NCBI RefSeq assembly: GCF_000195955.2
Contig: NC_000962.3
Span: forward strand, 1,380,001-1,412,000
Origin: Mycobacterium tuberculosis H37Rv
GTDB taxonomy: Bacteria; Actinomycetota; Actinomycetes; Mycobacteriales; Mycobacteriaceae
Length of the DNA stretch: 32,000 nucleotides
Direction: 5' to 3'
Below the pieces are notes generated by a model. The model was not told the origin of the DNA. It saw nothing but the letters and a program-made list of their open reading frames with translations, and did no database searches. Shown piece by piece: positions 1 to 9,378 of this stretch. Numbering within the stretch: position 1 is the first letter of the stretch; every line of letters begins with the position of its first letter. A program made the translations under genes and the position numbers.

Positions 1-1
1 T

Positions 2-679
2 TTCGACAACTATCGTGGCATCTTCCGGGGCGACTTGTTCAGCTCAGCGCTGATCAACTCCATCGGAATCGGCCTGATCACCACCGTGATCGCGGTGGTG
101 CTCGGCGCGATGGCGGCCTACGCGGTTGCCCGGCTGGAATTTCCGGGCAAGCGGCTGCTAATCGGGGCTGCCTTGCTGATCACGATGTTCCCGTCGATCT
201 CTTTGGTCACACCATTGTTCAACATCGAACGTGCCATCGGCCTGTTCGACACCTGGCCGGGGTTGATCTTGCCGTACATCACCTTCGCGTTGCCGCTCGC
301 GATCTACACCCTGTCGGCGTTCTTCCGGGAGATCCCTTGGGATCTGGAAAAGGCGGCCAAGATGGACGGTGCAACGCCCGGTCAGGCTTTCCGGAAGGTG
401 ATCGTACCGCTGGCGGCGCCGGGCTTGGTGACCGCTGCAATCCTGGTGTTCATTTTCGCCTGGAACGATCTGCTGCTCGCGTTGTCGCTGACCGCTACCA
501 AGGCGGCGATTACCGCGCCGGTGGCCATCGCCAACTTCACCGGCAGTTCGCAATTCGAGGAGCCGACCGGCTCGATCGCGGCCGGCGCGATCGTGATTAC
601 GATCCCGATCATCGTCTTTGTTTTAATCTTCCAACGACGGATTGTCGCCGGGTTGACCTCTGGCGCTGTGAAGGGATAG
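2..679 (+). CDS. sugB: Trehalose ABC transporter permease SugB, 3' part (5' end outside window)
   Basis: Open frame from the window edge to TAG at 677-679. Permease EAA-type loop '[26 protein letters not shown]' with TM segments; followed 4 nt later by an ABC ATPase. Confidence 0.95.
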
Positions 680-683
680 CGCG

Positions 684-1865
684 ATGGCCGAGATTGTGTT
701 GGACCACGTCAACAAGAGTTACCCCGACGGTCACACAGCGGTGCGCGACCTCAACCTCACCATCGCCGACGGCGAATTTCTGATCCTGGTAGGGCCTTCC
801 GGTTGTGGCAAGACCACGACGCTGAATATGATTGCTGGGCTTGAAGATATCTCGTCGGGAGAACTGCGCATCGCCGGTGAGCGGGTAAACGAGAAGGCGC
901 CAAAGGACCGTGACATCGCGATGGTGTTCCAGTCGTACGCGCTTTACCCGCATATGACGGTGCGCCAGAACATCGCGTTCCCGCTGACCCTGGCGAAGAT
1001 GAGAAAGGCCGACATCGCGCAGAAGGTCTCCGAGACTGCAAAAATCCTTGACCTGACCAACCTTCTGGATCGCAAGCCCTCACAATTGTCGGGTGGTCAG
1101 CGACAGCGGGTCGCGATGGGCAGGGCAATCGTGCGCCATCCCAAAGCATTCCTGATGGACGAGCCGCTGTCGAACTTGGACGCGAAGTTGCGGGTCCAGA
1201 TGCGCGGCGAGATTGCCCAGCTGCAGCGGAGGCTGGGTACCACCACCGTCTACGTCACCCACGACCAGACCGAGGCAATGACGCTGGGCGATCGCGTGGT
1301 AGTGATGTACGGGGGCATCGCACAGCAGATCGGCACCCCTGAGGAGCTTTACGAACGGCCCGCCAATCTGTTTGTCGCGGGCTTTATCGGCTCGCCGGCC
1401 ATGAATTTCTTCCCTGCCAGGCTGACCGCGATCGGACTGACCCTGCCGTTCGGTGAGGTGACGCTGGCCCCCGAAGTCCAGGGGGTGATCGCAGCGCACC
1501 CGAAACCGGAAAACGTCATCGTAGGCGTGCGGCCGGAGCATATCCAGGACGCAGCATTGATCGACGCGTATCAACGCATCAGGGCGCTGACCTTCCAGGT
1601 GAAGGTCAACTTGGTCGAGTCTTTAGGCGCCGACAAATATCTGTATTTCACTACCGAGAGCCCGGCTGTGCACTCGGTTCAGTTGGACGAGTTGGCGGAG
1701 GTAGAGGGGGAGTCGGCGTTACACGAAAATCAGTTCGTGGCAAGGGTTCCCGCCGAGTCCAAGGTAGCCATCGGGCAGTCGGTCGAGTTGGCTTTCGATA
1801 CCGCCAGACTTGCCGTCTTCGACGCCGACTCCGGTGCGAACCTGACCATTCCGCACCGCGCCTAA
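684..1865 (+). CDS. sugC: Sugar (trehalose) ABC transporter ATP-binding protein SugC
   Basis: 393 aa. Walker A 'GPSGCGKTT', signature '[16 protein letters not shown]', Walker B '[12 protein letters not shown]', C-terminal MalK-like OB/TOBE region. Confidence 0.97.
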   Translation: MAEIVLDHVNKSYPDGHTAVRDLNLTIADGEFLILVGPSGCGKTTTLNMIAGLEDISSGELRIAGERVNEKAPKDRDIAMVFQSYALYPHMTVRQNIAFPLTLAKMRKADIAQKVSETAKILDLTNLLDRKPSQLSGGQRQRVAMGRAIVRHPKAFLMDEPLSNLDAKLRVQMRGEIAQLQRRLGTTTVYVTHDQTEAMTLGDRVVVMYGGIAQQIGTPEELYERPANLFVAGFIGSPAMNFFPARLTAIGLTLPFGEVTLAPEVQGVIAAHPKPENVIVGVRPEHIQDAALIDAYQRIRALTFQVKVNLVESLGADKYLYFTTESPAVHSVQLDELAEVEGESALHENQFVARVPAESKVAIGQSVELAFDTARLAVFDADSGANLTIPHRA

Positions 1866-1941
1866 TGGCGGCGAGCGGACACATAAGCCCCCGCCACGCC
1901 GAAGGATTTGGAGCTTTTTGCGTCTGTTCGCCGACGCGAAG

Positions 1942-3042
1942 CTAGAGCCAGTTTCTGTTGCGGAAGACGTGGTAGAGGAACAGACAGATAAGGACCATCC
2001 CGCCGATCACTGTCGGGTAACCCCACCTGGAGTCCAGCTCGGGCATGAAGTGAAAGTTCATGCCATAGATGCCCGCGATCATGGTGGGGACCGCGATGAT
2101 ACCTGCCCACGCGGATATCTTGCGCATGTCCATGTTTTGCTGCATGCCGACCCGGGCGAGCGCGGCCTGCACCAGCGAGTTGAGCATGTCGTCGTAGCTG
2201 GCGATCTGGTCGGCGGCCTCGGTCTGGTGGTCGGCGACGTCGCGCAGGTAGCGCCGCACTTCTTTCGAAATGAGGTCTTTGCTCTCGGTCTGCATGCGCT
2301 GGAATGCGGTCGATAGCGGATTCACGCACCGGCGCAACTCGACCACTTCCCGCTTGAGCAGATAGATCGGTTCGATGTCGAGCTTGCGGCCCGGCGCGAA
2401 CGCTACTTCCTCGATGCTGTCGATATCGGTCTCCATGAGATTGGTCACCTCGAGGTAGTGGTCGACCACGTAGTCGGCGATCGCGTGCATCACCGCATAC
2501 GGTCCCAACCGCAAATGTTCGGGGTCGGCATCCATCCGCTTACGCACCTCGGATAACCCGCCGTGTTCGCCGTGGCGGACGGTGACCACGAAATCCTTGC
2601 CGACGAAGATCATGATCTCGCCGGTTTTGACGATCTCGCGGGCCAGTACCACCGATTCGTGCGGGACGTAGTTGACGGTCTTGAGGACGAGGAACAGCGT
2701 CTCGTCGTAGCGCTCCAACTTGGGTCGCTGGTGCGCGTGCACGGCGTCCTCAACGGCTAACGGGTGCAACCCGAAAACGTCTGCTACGTCCTGCATCTGG
2801 TTTTCATCGGGCTCGTGCAGCCCGATCCAGACGAACGCCTCCTGCCCGGTCAGTTCGATCTCGCGCACCTCGCGCAGCGCGGCGGCGTAGGTGTACTTGC
2901 CGGGCAGTCGCTGGCCGCAGACGTAGACACCGCAGTCGACCAAGGCTTGGGCCGGTGGCTGGGCAACGGGGTGTGCGTTCGGCGGCTGGGGTCGCGCGAC
3001 CGGTCGCAGCACTTCGGGCAATGCGTCAAACCCTGGGAACAC
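1942..3042 (-). CDS. corA: CorA-type Mg2+/Co2+ transporter
   Basis: 366 aa, GTG start. C-terminal 'AGIIAVPTMIAGIYGMNFHFMPEL' containing the CorA GMN motif, and two TM helices. Confidence 0.95.
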   Translation of the reverse strand: MFPGFDALPEVLRPVARPQPPNAHPVAQPPAQALVDCGVYVCGQRLPGKYTYAAALREVREIELTGQEAFVWIGLHEPDENQMQDVADVFGLHPLAVEDAVHAHQRPKLERYDETLFLVLKTVNYVPHESVVLAREIVKTGEIMIFVGKDFVVTVRHGEHGGLSEVRKRMDADPEHLRLGPYAVMHAIADYVVDHYLEVTNLMETDIDSIEEVAFAPGRKLDIEPIYLLKREVVELRRCVNPLSTAFQRMQTESKDLISKEVRRYLRDVADHQTEAADQIASYDDMLNSLVQAALARVGMQQNMDMRKISAWAGIIAVPTMIAGIYGMNFHFMPELDSRWGYPTVIGGMVLICLFLYHVFRNRNWL

Positions 3043-3196
3043 GTCAACCTCCGATCGCGGTGGATCTGATCGGGCGGTGCTCCAGGTTACGCGTCCCGGT
3101 ATGGAACTTGGTAAACGTCAGTCGTAGCTGTGGGGGTTGGACCCCAGATGTCCGTCCGGTGCCGGTGCGCTAGTTTCAACCCGAAGCCAAGTCCGT

Positions 3197-3202
3197 AAGG
3201 AG
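3197..3202 (+). promoter_or_regulatory. Shine-Dalgarno AAGGAG for mdh
   Basis: AAGGAG ending 10 nt before the GTG start at 3213. Confidence 0.7.
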
Positions 3203-3212
3203 CAGAACCGAC

Positions 3213-4202
3213 GTGAGCGCTAGTCCTCTCAAGGTCGCCGTTACCGGCGCCGCCGGCCAAATCGGCTACAGCCTGTTGTTCCGCCTGGCCAGCGGCTCTT
3301 TGCTGGGCCCTGACCGTCCGATCGAGCTGCGGCTGCTCGAGATCGAGCCGGCACTGCAGGCGCTCGAGGGTGTGGTGATGGAACTCGACGACTGCGCTTT
3401 CCCGCTGTTGTCCGGGGTGGAGATCGGTTCCGATCCCCAGAAGATCTTCGATGGTGTGAGCCTGGCCCTGCTGGTCGGAGCCCGCCCCCGGGGCGCGGGC
3501 ATGGAGCGAAGTGACCTGCTGGAGGCCAACGGCGCGATCTTCACCGCTCAGGGCAAAGCCCTCAACGCTGTCGCCGCGGATGACGTTCGCGTCGGGGTGA
3601 CCGGCAACCCCGCCAACACCAACGCGCTGATCGCGATGACCAATGCGCCCGACATTCCCCGCGAGCGGTTCTCGGCGCTCACCCGGCTGGACCACAATCG
3701 GGCGATCTCGCAGCTGGCCGCCAAGACCGGCGCGGCGGTCACCGACATCAAGAAGATGACGATCTGGGGCAATCACTCGGCCACCCAGTACCCCGACCTG
3801 TTCCACGCGGAGGTCGCCGGAAAGAACGCGGCCGAAGTGGTCAACGACCAGGCCTGGATCGAGGATGAATTCATCCCGACGGTCGCCAAGCGCGGTGCGG
3901 CGATCATCGATGCGCGCGGCGCGTCGTCGGCCGCCTCGGCCGCGTCGGCAACCATCGACGCTGCCCGGGACTGGTTGCTGGGGACGCCGGCGGACGATTG
4001 GGTCTCGATGGCCGTCGTCTCCGACGGGTCCTACGGGGTGCCGGAGGGCTTGATCTCCTCGTTTCCGGTCACCACCAAGGGCGGCAACTGGACGATCGTG
4101 AGCGGCTTGGAGATCGACGAGTTCTCCCGCGGCCGGATCGACAAGTCAACCGCCGAGTTGGCTGACGAGCGCAGCGCGGTCACCGAGCTCGGCCTGATCT
4201 GA
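3213..4202 (+). CDS. mdh: Malate dehydrogenase
   Basis: 329 aa. '[21 protein letters not shown]' nucleotide-binding motif and '[13 protein letters not shown]' catalytic His region. Confidence 0.97.
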   Translation: MSASPLKVAVTGAAGQIGYSLLFRLASGSLLGPDRPIELRLLEIEPALQALEGVVMELDDCAFPLLSGVEIGSDPQKIFDGVSLALLVGARPRGAGMERSDLLEANGAIFTAQGKALNAVAADDVRVGVTGNPANTNALIAMTNAPDIPRERFSALTRLDHNRAISQLAAKTGAAVTDIKKMTIWGNHSATQYPDLFHAEVAGKNAAEVVNDQAWIEDEFIPTVAKRGAAIIDARGASSAASAASATIDAARDWLLGTPADDWVSMAVVSDGSYGVPEGLISSFPVTTKGGNWTIVSGLEIDEFSRGRIDKSTAELADERSAVTELGLI

Positions 4203-4241
4203 GCGCAGGTCAGCCGCGCACTGAGCGGAGCCCGAGTCATC

Positions 4242-4270
4242 TTGACGTGTGTTTGTCCAGGCATCATGAT
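4242..4270 (+). promoter_or_regulatory. Candidate vapBC33 promoter TTGACG-17 nt-CATGAT overlapping a palindrome
   Basis: TTGACG 4242-4247, 17-nt spacer, CATGAT 4265-4270. Perfect palindrome CATCATGATG 4262-4271. Start ATG at 4278. Confidence 0.5.
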
Positions 4271-4277
4271 GACCTGT

Positions 4278-4538
4278 ATGCGCACCACCTTGACGCTCGA
4301 TGACGACGTCGTCCGGCTGGTCGAAGACGCAGTGCATCGCGAACGCCGCCCGATGAAGCAGGTCATCAACGATGCGCTGCGCAGAGCGCTGGCGCCGCCG
4401 GTGAAACGGCAGGAGCAGTATCGGTTGGAGCCGCATGAGTCGGCTGTGCGTTCCGGGTTGGATCTGGCCGGCTTCAACAAGTTGGCCGACGAACTGGAGG
4501 ATGAGGCGCTGCTGGATGCCACGCGTCGGGCCCGGTGA
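4278..4538 (+). CDS. vapB33: Antitoxin VapB33
   Basis: 86 aa 'MRTTLTLDDDVVRLVEDAVHRERRPMKQVINDALRRAL' (ribbon-helix-helix-like N-terminus); 4-nt overlap with the PIN toxin gene. Confidence 0.9.
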   Translation: MRTTLTLDDDVVRLVEDAVHRERRPMKQVINDALRRALAPPVKRQEQYRLEPHESAVRSGLDLAGFNKLADELEDEALLDATRRAR

Positions 4539-4966
4539 TCATCCCTGACATCAATCTGCTGCTCTACGCGGTCATCACCGGATTCCCGCAGCACCGGCGC
4601 GCGCATGCGTGGTGGCAAGACACCGTCAACGGCCACACCCGTATCGGGCTGACGTATCCGGCGTTGTTCGGGTTCCTACGGATCGCCACCAGTGCCCGCG
4701 TGCTCGCCGCGCCACTGCCAACCGCGGATGCGATCGCCTATGTGCGCGAGTGGCTTTCGCAGCCGAACGTGGACCTACTCACGGCGGGTCCGCGCCACCT
4801 GGACATCGCGTTGGGCCTGCTCGACAAGCTCGGCACAGCCAGCCACCTAACCACCGATGTGCAACTGGCCGCCTACGGCATCGAATACGACGCCGAGATC
4901 CATTCCAGTGACACCGACTTTGCCCGATTCGCCGATCTGAAGTGGACCGACCCGTTGCGCGAATAA
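4535..4966 (+). CDS. vapC33: PIN-domain ribonuclease toxin VapC33
   Basis: 143 aa 'IIPDINLLLYAV ... ADAIAYVREWL ... HIALGLLDKLG ... LAAYGIEYDAEIHSSDTDFARF' with PIN acidic residues. Starts inside the vapB stop (GTGA). Confidence 0.92.
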   Translation: MIIPDINLLLYAVITGFPQHRRAHAWWQDTVNGHTRIGLTYPALFGFLRIATSARVLAAPLPTADAIAYVREWLSQPNVDLLTAGPRHLDIALGLLDKLGTASHLTTDVQLAAYGIEYDAEIHSSDTDFARFADLKWTDPLRE

Positions 4967-4988
4967 TGACTGCCGCTCTGCCCTCGGG

Positions 4989-6325
4989 TCAGCCGTTCAG
5001 GCCGTGCTGACCGTTGGCGCCGGTAGCGCCTTGAGTACCGGGATCGCCGGGGGCGCCGGGGTTGAACCCGGTCCCGCCGCCGCCGCCCGCGCCGCCGTTG
5101 CCGCCCGCGCCGCCGAGGCCCCCGGCCGCGCCGGAGCCGGGGCTGCCCGACTGTCCGAACAGTCCGCCCGCACCGCCGGTCCCGCCGTTTCCGCCGACGC
5201 CACCGGCCCCGCCGGCCCCGCCGTCGCCGCCGTTGCCGCCGTCACCGCCGTCGCCGTCCTGGTTGGCCATGCCGTCGGCGCCGATCCCGCCGTTGCCGCC
5301 GTTGCCGCCGCTGCCGCCTTGAGCGCCGATGCCCCCGTCGCCCCCGACGCCGCCGTCGCCGCCGGCGCCGCCCGTGCCGAGCAGTAGCCCGCCGCGACCC
5401 CCGCTGCCCCCAAAGCCGCCGGCGCCACCAACGTCAGCCGAGGCACCGACGCCGCCGTCGCCGCCGGCACCACCATTGCCCCCGGTGGAGTTGCCCCCAG
5501 GAGGATTATCTTGATTGGCATTTCCTCCGGCGCCGCCGGCACCACCGGGAGCGCCGATACCGCCGTTCCCGCCGGCGCCACCGTTGCCCCCTATGCTGTT
5601 GCCAGCATTTGCAACATTGGCGCTGCCACCCGCTCCGCCCAGCCCCCCGCCGCCGCCGGCTCCGCCGTTTCCGCCGGCGCCGCCATTGCCGCCGACAGCG
5701 TCACCAAAGCCGCTTTGAGCGGCGCCACCGTTACCGCCGGCACCTCCGGAGGCGAAGTTGGCGCCGTCGCCGCCGTCGCCGCCGGCACCCCCGGACACGT
5801 CGGTCTGCCCAAGGTTGGTTCCATCCCCGCCTATGCCGCCTGCACCACCGCCCACGCCGGGGTTGACTGCGTTGCTGCCCGAGCCGGCGTCGGTCCCGTT
5901 GCCATCGGGTCCGGTAGTGCCGTCGGCGCCATCGGTCGCGTGCGTGACCTGATGGGACACCGGGTTTTGCCCGTTGGCGCCGGCCGCTCCTGCCGCTCCG
6001 GCTCCACCCGCCCCCCCGTTGCCCCATAGCCCGGCGTTGCCGCCGTGGCCTCCGTTGCCGCCATTGCCCCCGATCTGGGTGGCCGCCCCACCGTTGCCGC
6101 CGAGCCCACCGTTGCCGTATAGCCACCCGCCGTTGCCGCCGGCACCGCCGTTCGCGCCGGGCCCGCCGGCTCCCCCGGCGCCACCGTTGCCGATCAACCC
6201 GGCCGCGCCGCCGCGACCGCCGGGCTGGCCTGGGGTGCTACTCGAGCCGCCGTTGCCGCCGTTGCCGTACAACAAGCCACCGTCGCCCCCGTTTTGTCCC
6301 GGCCCGCCGTTGGCGCCATCGCCGA
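4989..6325 (-). repeat. PGRS Gly-rich tandem-like repeat array within the PE_PGRS gene
   Basis: Repeated GGNGGNGG(A/T)GG coding units; dense gcc/gccg triplet repeats on the + strand. Upstream limit approximate. Confidence 0.85.
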
Positions 6326-6677
6326 TCAGCGGGCGCCCCAGCAACAGCTGGGTGGGCCCATTGACCACATCCAGCACCGCTTGCATCGGGGAGGCATTGG
6401 CGGCCTCGGCCGCCGCATACGAGCCGGCCGCCGAACTCAGTGCCCGCACAAACTGCTGATGAAATGCCGCCGCCTGTGCGCTCAGCGCTTGATAGGCCTG
6501 GGCGTTCCCGGAAAACAGCGACGCGATGGCCGCTGATACCTCGTCGGCACCCGCGGCCAGCAGCCCCGTGGTCGGGGCCTCGGCCGCCCTGTTAGCTGCG
6601 GCCAGCGCCGAGCCGATGCCCTCCAAATCAGCGGCCGCGGCCACCAACACGTCCTGCGCTGCAATCAGATACTCCAT
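4989..6677 (-). CDS. PE_PGRS23: PE-PGRS family protein
   Basis: 562 aa from ATG 6675-6677. N-terminal PE-like domain '[32 protein letters not shown]', then a long GGA/GGX-rich array. Confidence 0.93.
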   Translation of the reverse strand: MEYLIAAQDVLVAAAADLEGIGSALAAANRAAEAPTTGLLAAGADEVSAAIASLFSGNAQAYQALSAQAAAFHQQFVRALSSAAGSYAAAEAANASPMQAVLDVVNGPTQLLLGRPLIGDGANGGPGQNGGDGGLLYGNGGNGGSSSTPGQPGGRGGAAGLIGNGGAGGAGGPGANGGAGGNGGWLYGNGGLGGNGGAATQIGGNGGNGGHGGNAGLWGNGGAGGAGAAGAAGANGQNPVSHQVTHATDGADGTTGPDGNGTDAGSGSNAVNPGVGGGAGGIGGDGTNLGQTDVSGGAGGDGGDGANFASGGAGGNGGAAQSGFGDAVGGNGGAGGNGGAGGGGGLGGAGGSANVANAGNSIGGNGGAGGNGGIGAPGGAGGAGGNANQDNPPGGNSTGGNGGAGGDGGVGASADVGGAGGFGGSGGRGGLLLGTGGAGGDGGVGGDGGIGAQGGSGGNGGNGGIGADGMANQDGDGGDGGNGGDGGAGGAGGVGGNGGTGGAGGLFGQSGSPGSGAAGGLGGAGGNGGAGGGGGTGFNPGAPGDPGTQGATGANGQHGLNG

Positions 6678-6856
6678 CGCGGGGCCTCTCTCGCGGCGAG
6701 ATTGACCAACGGGTCGGCACGAAGCGTGTCCCGTTGCTTGACGGTGCATTGCGTGTTTGCCTGGATCCCCGCGCCGACGGTGTGGATCGGGCCCAGTACC
6801 CTCAAGCCCGTGCCAACTGCATCTGTCGCGGTGACTATCGGCTCAGACACTTCGGT

Positions 6857-7717
6857 GTGAGAATCACCAGGATCCTCGCGCTGCTGCTTGCCGTCCTGCT
6901 TGCAGTGTCTGGCGTGGCTGGCTGCTCGGCCGACACCGGCGATCGCCACCCGGAGTTGGTGGTCGGATCCACGCCGGACTCCGAGGCGATGCTGCTGGCC
7001 GCCATCTACGTCGCGGCGCTGCGGTCGTACGGTTTTGCGGCGCACGCCGAAACCGCCGCCGACCCGGTGGCGAAACTGGACTCGGGCGCGTTCACCGTCG
7101 TACCCGCTTTCACCGGTCAGATGTTGCAGACCTTGCAACCCGATGCGTCGGTGCGCTCGGATGCCCAGGTATACCGCGCCATCGTCTCGGCCCTTCCCGA
7201 GGGCATAGCCGCAGGCGACTACACCACCGCCGCAGAAGACAAACCCGCGTTGGTGGTGACTCAATCCACCGCCAAGGCCTGGGGCGGCGGCGATCTCAGC
7301 GAGCTGCCCAGCCACTGCCGCGGGTTGTTGGTCGGGCGCGTTGCCGGCGCCCACACACCCGCGGCCGTGGGACCGTGCCGGCTGCCCGCCCCGCGTGAGT
7401 TTCGGAATGACGCAACAATGTTCGCCGCGCTGCGGGCCGGACAGCTGGTCGCGGCCTGGACCACCACCGCCGACCCCGACATCCCCGCGGACCTGATCAT
7501 GCTGACCGACGGCAAGCCCGCGCTGATCCGGGCCGAGAACATCGTTCCGCTGTATCGTCGCAACGCGCTGACCGAGCGGCAACTGCTGGCCGTCAACGAG
7601 GTCGCCGGCGTGCTGGACACCACGGCCCTGATCGGGATGCGCCGCCAGGTGGCCGCGGGGGCCGACCCGGCGGCGGTGGCCGCCGGCTGGCTCGCCGAAC
7701 ACCCGCTGGGACGTTGA
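6857..7717 (+). CDS. lpqZ: Lipoprotein LpqZ, substrate-binding-protein-like (glycine betaine/choline OpuAC/ProX type)
   Basis: 286 aa from GTG 6857. Signal peptide with lipobox 'VSGVAGC'; 'ELVVGSTPDSEAMLLAAIYVAALRSYGF' resembles periplasmic binding proteins. Confidence 0.85.
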   Translation: MRITRILALLLAVLLAVSGVAGCSADTGDRHPELVVGSTPDSEAMLLAAIYVAALRSYGFAAHAETAADPVAKLDSGAFTVVPAFTGQMLQTLQPDASVRSDAQVYRAIVSALPEGIAAGDYTTAAEDKPALVVTQSTAKAWGGGDLSELPSHCRGLLVGRVAGAHTPAAVGPCRLPAPREFRNDATMFAALRAGQLVAAWTTTADPDIPADLIMLTDGKPALIRAENIVPLYRRNALTERQLLAVNEVAGVLDTTALIGMRRQVAAGADPAAVAAGWLAEHPLGR

Positions 7718-7797
7718 GCCGCCACGAGCGTCCGGGTCGACGCGATGACACACCGCGTCGGCCGAACAACCTTCGGGCGCGCTTTCCTCACCAGCCG

Positions 7798-8628
7798 TCA
7801 GCGCGGGCGGGGTATCAACCGGCCGGTGATGATCGGAAAGATCCGCTGATATCCGGAACCGGTCAGCCGGACCACCAGGTCCAGTACCTTGGCGTCGACA
7901 CCCACCAACACCCGGGCCTTGTTCTTGGCCACCCCCGTCAGGATGATCTGCGCGGCCCGCTGTGGGCTGAGATGGGCCACCCGCTTATCGAACGTCTCGG
8001 CCAGCTCGGCCTGGTCAAGTCCCTCGGCGGCGGTGGCGTTACGGGCGATCGCGGTCTTGACACCGCCGGGGTGCACCGTCGTCACCTTCACCGGGTGACC
8101 CGCCAACGCCATTTCCTGGCGCAGCGCCTCGGTAAAGCCGCGGACGGCGAACTTGGCCGAGTTGTAGGCCGCCTGACCCGGCGCCGAAAACAACCCGAAC
8201 ACGCTGGAGATGTTGATGACGTGGCCGTCCCCGGAGGCGATCAAATGCGGCAGGAACGCCTTGGTGCCGTTGACCACACCCCAAAAATCGACGTCCATCA
8301 CCCGTTCGATGTCCTTGAACTGGCTGACCTCGATATCGCCGGTAAAGGCGATGCCGGCGTTGTTGTAGATCTGGTTCACAGTGCCGAAGTGCTCGTTGAC
8401 CGCATCGGCGTAGGCTAGGAAGGCTTCGCGTTCGGTTACGTCGAGTCGGTCCGTCTTGACCGGCGTGCTGATCGCCTTTAGCCGGTGCTCGGTGTCTGCC
8501 AGGCCGTCGGTGTCGACGTCGCTGATGGCCACCTTGGCGCCCGAGCGGGCCAGCTCGATTGCCAGCGCCTGCCCGATGCCCGATCCCGCGCCGGTGACAA
8601 CGGCGACCTTTCCGGCGAACCCCTCCAT
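7798..8628 (-). CDS. Short-chain dehydrogenase/reductase
   Basis: 276 aa. 'VVTGAGSGIGQALA', 'NNAGI', 'YNSAKFAVRGF' (YxxxK). Recognised as Rv1245c. Confidence 0.93.
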   Translation of the reverse strand: MEGFAGKVAVVTGAGSGIGQALAIELARSGAKVAISDVDTDGLADTEHRLKAISTPVKTDRLDVTEREAFLAYADAVNEHFGTVNQIYNNAGIAFTGDIEVSQFKDIERVMDVDFWGVVNGTKAFLPHLIASGDGHVINISSVFGLFSAPGQAAYNSAKFAVRGFTEALRQEMALAGHPVKVTTVHPGGVKTAIARNATAAEGLDQAELAETFDKRVAHLSPQRAAQIILTGVAKNKARVLVGVDAKVLDLVVRLTGSGYQRIFPIITGRLIPRPR

Positions 8629-8660
8629 GACGTACCCTCCCTTGTCTCGGCTGCCATCAG

Positions 8661-8689
8661 GTTAGCCGGTACCCGGGGTACGGCTTAAC
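8661..8689 (-). terminator. Imperfect hairpin GTTAGCCGGTACC..GGTACGGCTTAAC overlapping the relE1 stop codon
   Basis: Inverted repeat with 1-nt offsets around CGG; covers TAA (8685-8687) of relE1. Confidence 0.45.
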
Positions 8690-8978
8690 GTGGCCGGCAC
8701 GGGTTCATTCGGTAGCTGGCACTGCGACGAGCGATGTGGATGATCTCGACTCGGTGGTGGCCGTCGTCGATGGCGTAGACGACGCGGTAATCACCGCGGC
8801 GGGCTGAGTGGAGGCCTTCAAGGTCATTGCGCAGCGGCTTGCCCAACCTATGCGGGTTGTTAAGCAGCGGTCCGAAAACAAACTCGACACATGCGGCGGC
8901 GATCTTTTCGGGTAAGCGTTGCAGGTCGCGTGCCGCTGTCGCGGTGATCGCCACGTGGTAGGGATGGTCGTCGCTCAC
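8685..8978 (-). CDS. relE1: RelE-family toxin
   Basis: 97 aa. 'YHVAITATAARDLQRLPEKI ... NPHRLGKPLRNDLEGLHSARRGDYRVVYAIDDGHHRVEIIHIARR' typical RelE. GTG start overlaps the antitoxin stop by 4 nt. Confidence 0.93.
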   Translation of the reverse strand: MSDDHPYHVAITATAARDLQRLPEKIAAACVEFVFGPLLNNPHRLGKPLRNDLEGLHSARRGDYRVVYAIDDGHHRVEIIHIARRSASYRMNPCRPR

Positions 8979-9244
8979 CGCGCGGTGTAACGGTTGCGGA
9001 TCTCGTCGTTGCTCACGAAGCGCCCTGCGGCAACATCGGCGAGGCCTTCACGAATGGCCTCGCTGGCGCCAGGGGTGCGTAGCACCTCCAGCGTTTCCTC
9101 GATGGACGCCAGGTCATCGGCCGAGATCAATACCGCCGCCGGATGACCGTGCCGGGTTATCGTGATGCGCTCGTGTGTCAGCTCAACTTCGGCGACGTAC
9201 TCAGAGAGGCGATTGCGGACTTCGCCCAGTGGGACAACAGCCAT
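8975..9244 (-). CDS. relB1: RelB/Phd-family antitoxin
   Basis: 89 aa 'MAVVPLGEVRNRLSEYVAEVELTHERITITRHGHPAAVLISADDLASIEETLEVL' (Phd/YefM type). Confidence 0.92.
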   Translation of the reverse strand: MAVVPLGEVRNRLSEYVAEVELTHERITITRHGHPAAVLISADDLASIEETLEVLRTPGASEAIREGLADVAAGRFVSNDEIRNRYTAR

Positions 9245-9251
9245 AACCGCG

Positions 9252-9257
9252 ATTGTA
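9252..9257 (-). promoter_or_regulatory. Candidate -10 box TACAAT for relBE1
   Basis: Minus-strand TACAAT followed by 7 nt and then ATG (9242-9244); no clear Shine-Dalgarno. Confidence 0.5.
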
Positions 9258-9302
9258 GCTAAAAGTATGGCTAAACCCTGTACGCCGAGCATCGGCTTAC
9301 CG

Positions 9303-9375
9303 AGCCGAACGCCTCGTCGCTGTTTGATGTCTCCTCGAGCGTTCGGCTGAGCGAACTCAGCCGAACGCCTCGTCG
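9303..9375. repeat. 17-bp direct repeat AGCCGAACGCCTCGTCG with an inverted partial copy between
   Basis: Identical at 9303-9319 and 9359-9375; inverted copy of the core at 9339-9351. Confidence 0.9.
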
Positions 9376-9378
9376 AGG
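9333..9378 (-). terminator. Strong hairpin at the 3' end of kgd (13-bp perfect stem, 4-nt loop, outer 6-bp stem)
   Basis: GCGTTCGGCTGAG (9339-9351) / CTCAGCCGAACGC (9356-9368), loop CGAA (UUCG in minus-strand RNA). Outer CCTCGA 9333-9338 / TCGAGG 9373-9378. No T-tract follows. Confidence 0.7.

Noticed and set aside
1866-1941. Terminator between convergent sugC and corA
   Set aside because: Only weak GC-rich complementarity and no clear stem or T-tract.
4242-4277. Longer VapB33 start (MTCVCPGIMMTC...)
   Set aside because: The added residues overlap the TTGACG promoter-like element and precede the conserved RTTLTLDD start.
4989-6325. Dense repeats considered as a CRISPR array or satellite
   Set aside because: Units are short, in frame, without unique uniform spacers, and encode a PGRS Gly-rich domain.
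6665-7753. 362-aa minus-strand ORF opposite lpqZ
   Set aside because: No domain features; lpqZ has a clear signal peptide and lipobox.
7718-7797. Possible small gene or RNA between lpqZ and Rv1245c
   Set aside because: Short convergent gap; the 234-aa ORF running through it overlaps Rv1245c in antisense and has no motifs.
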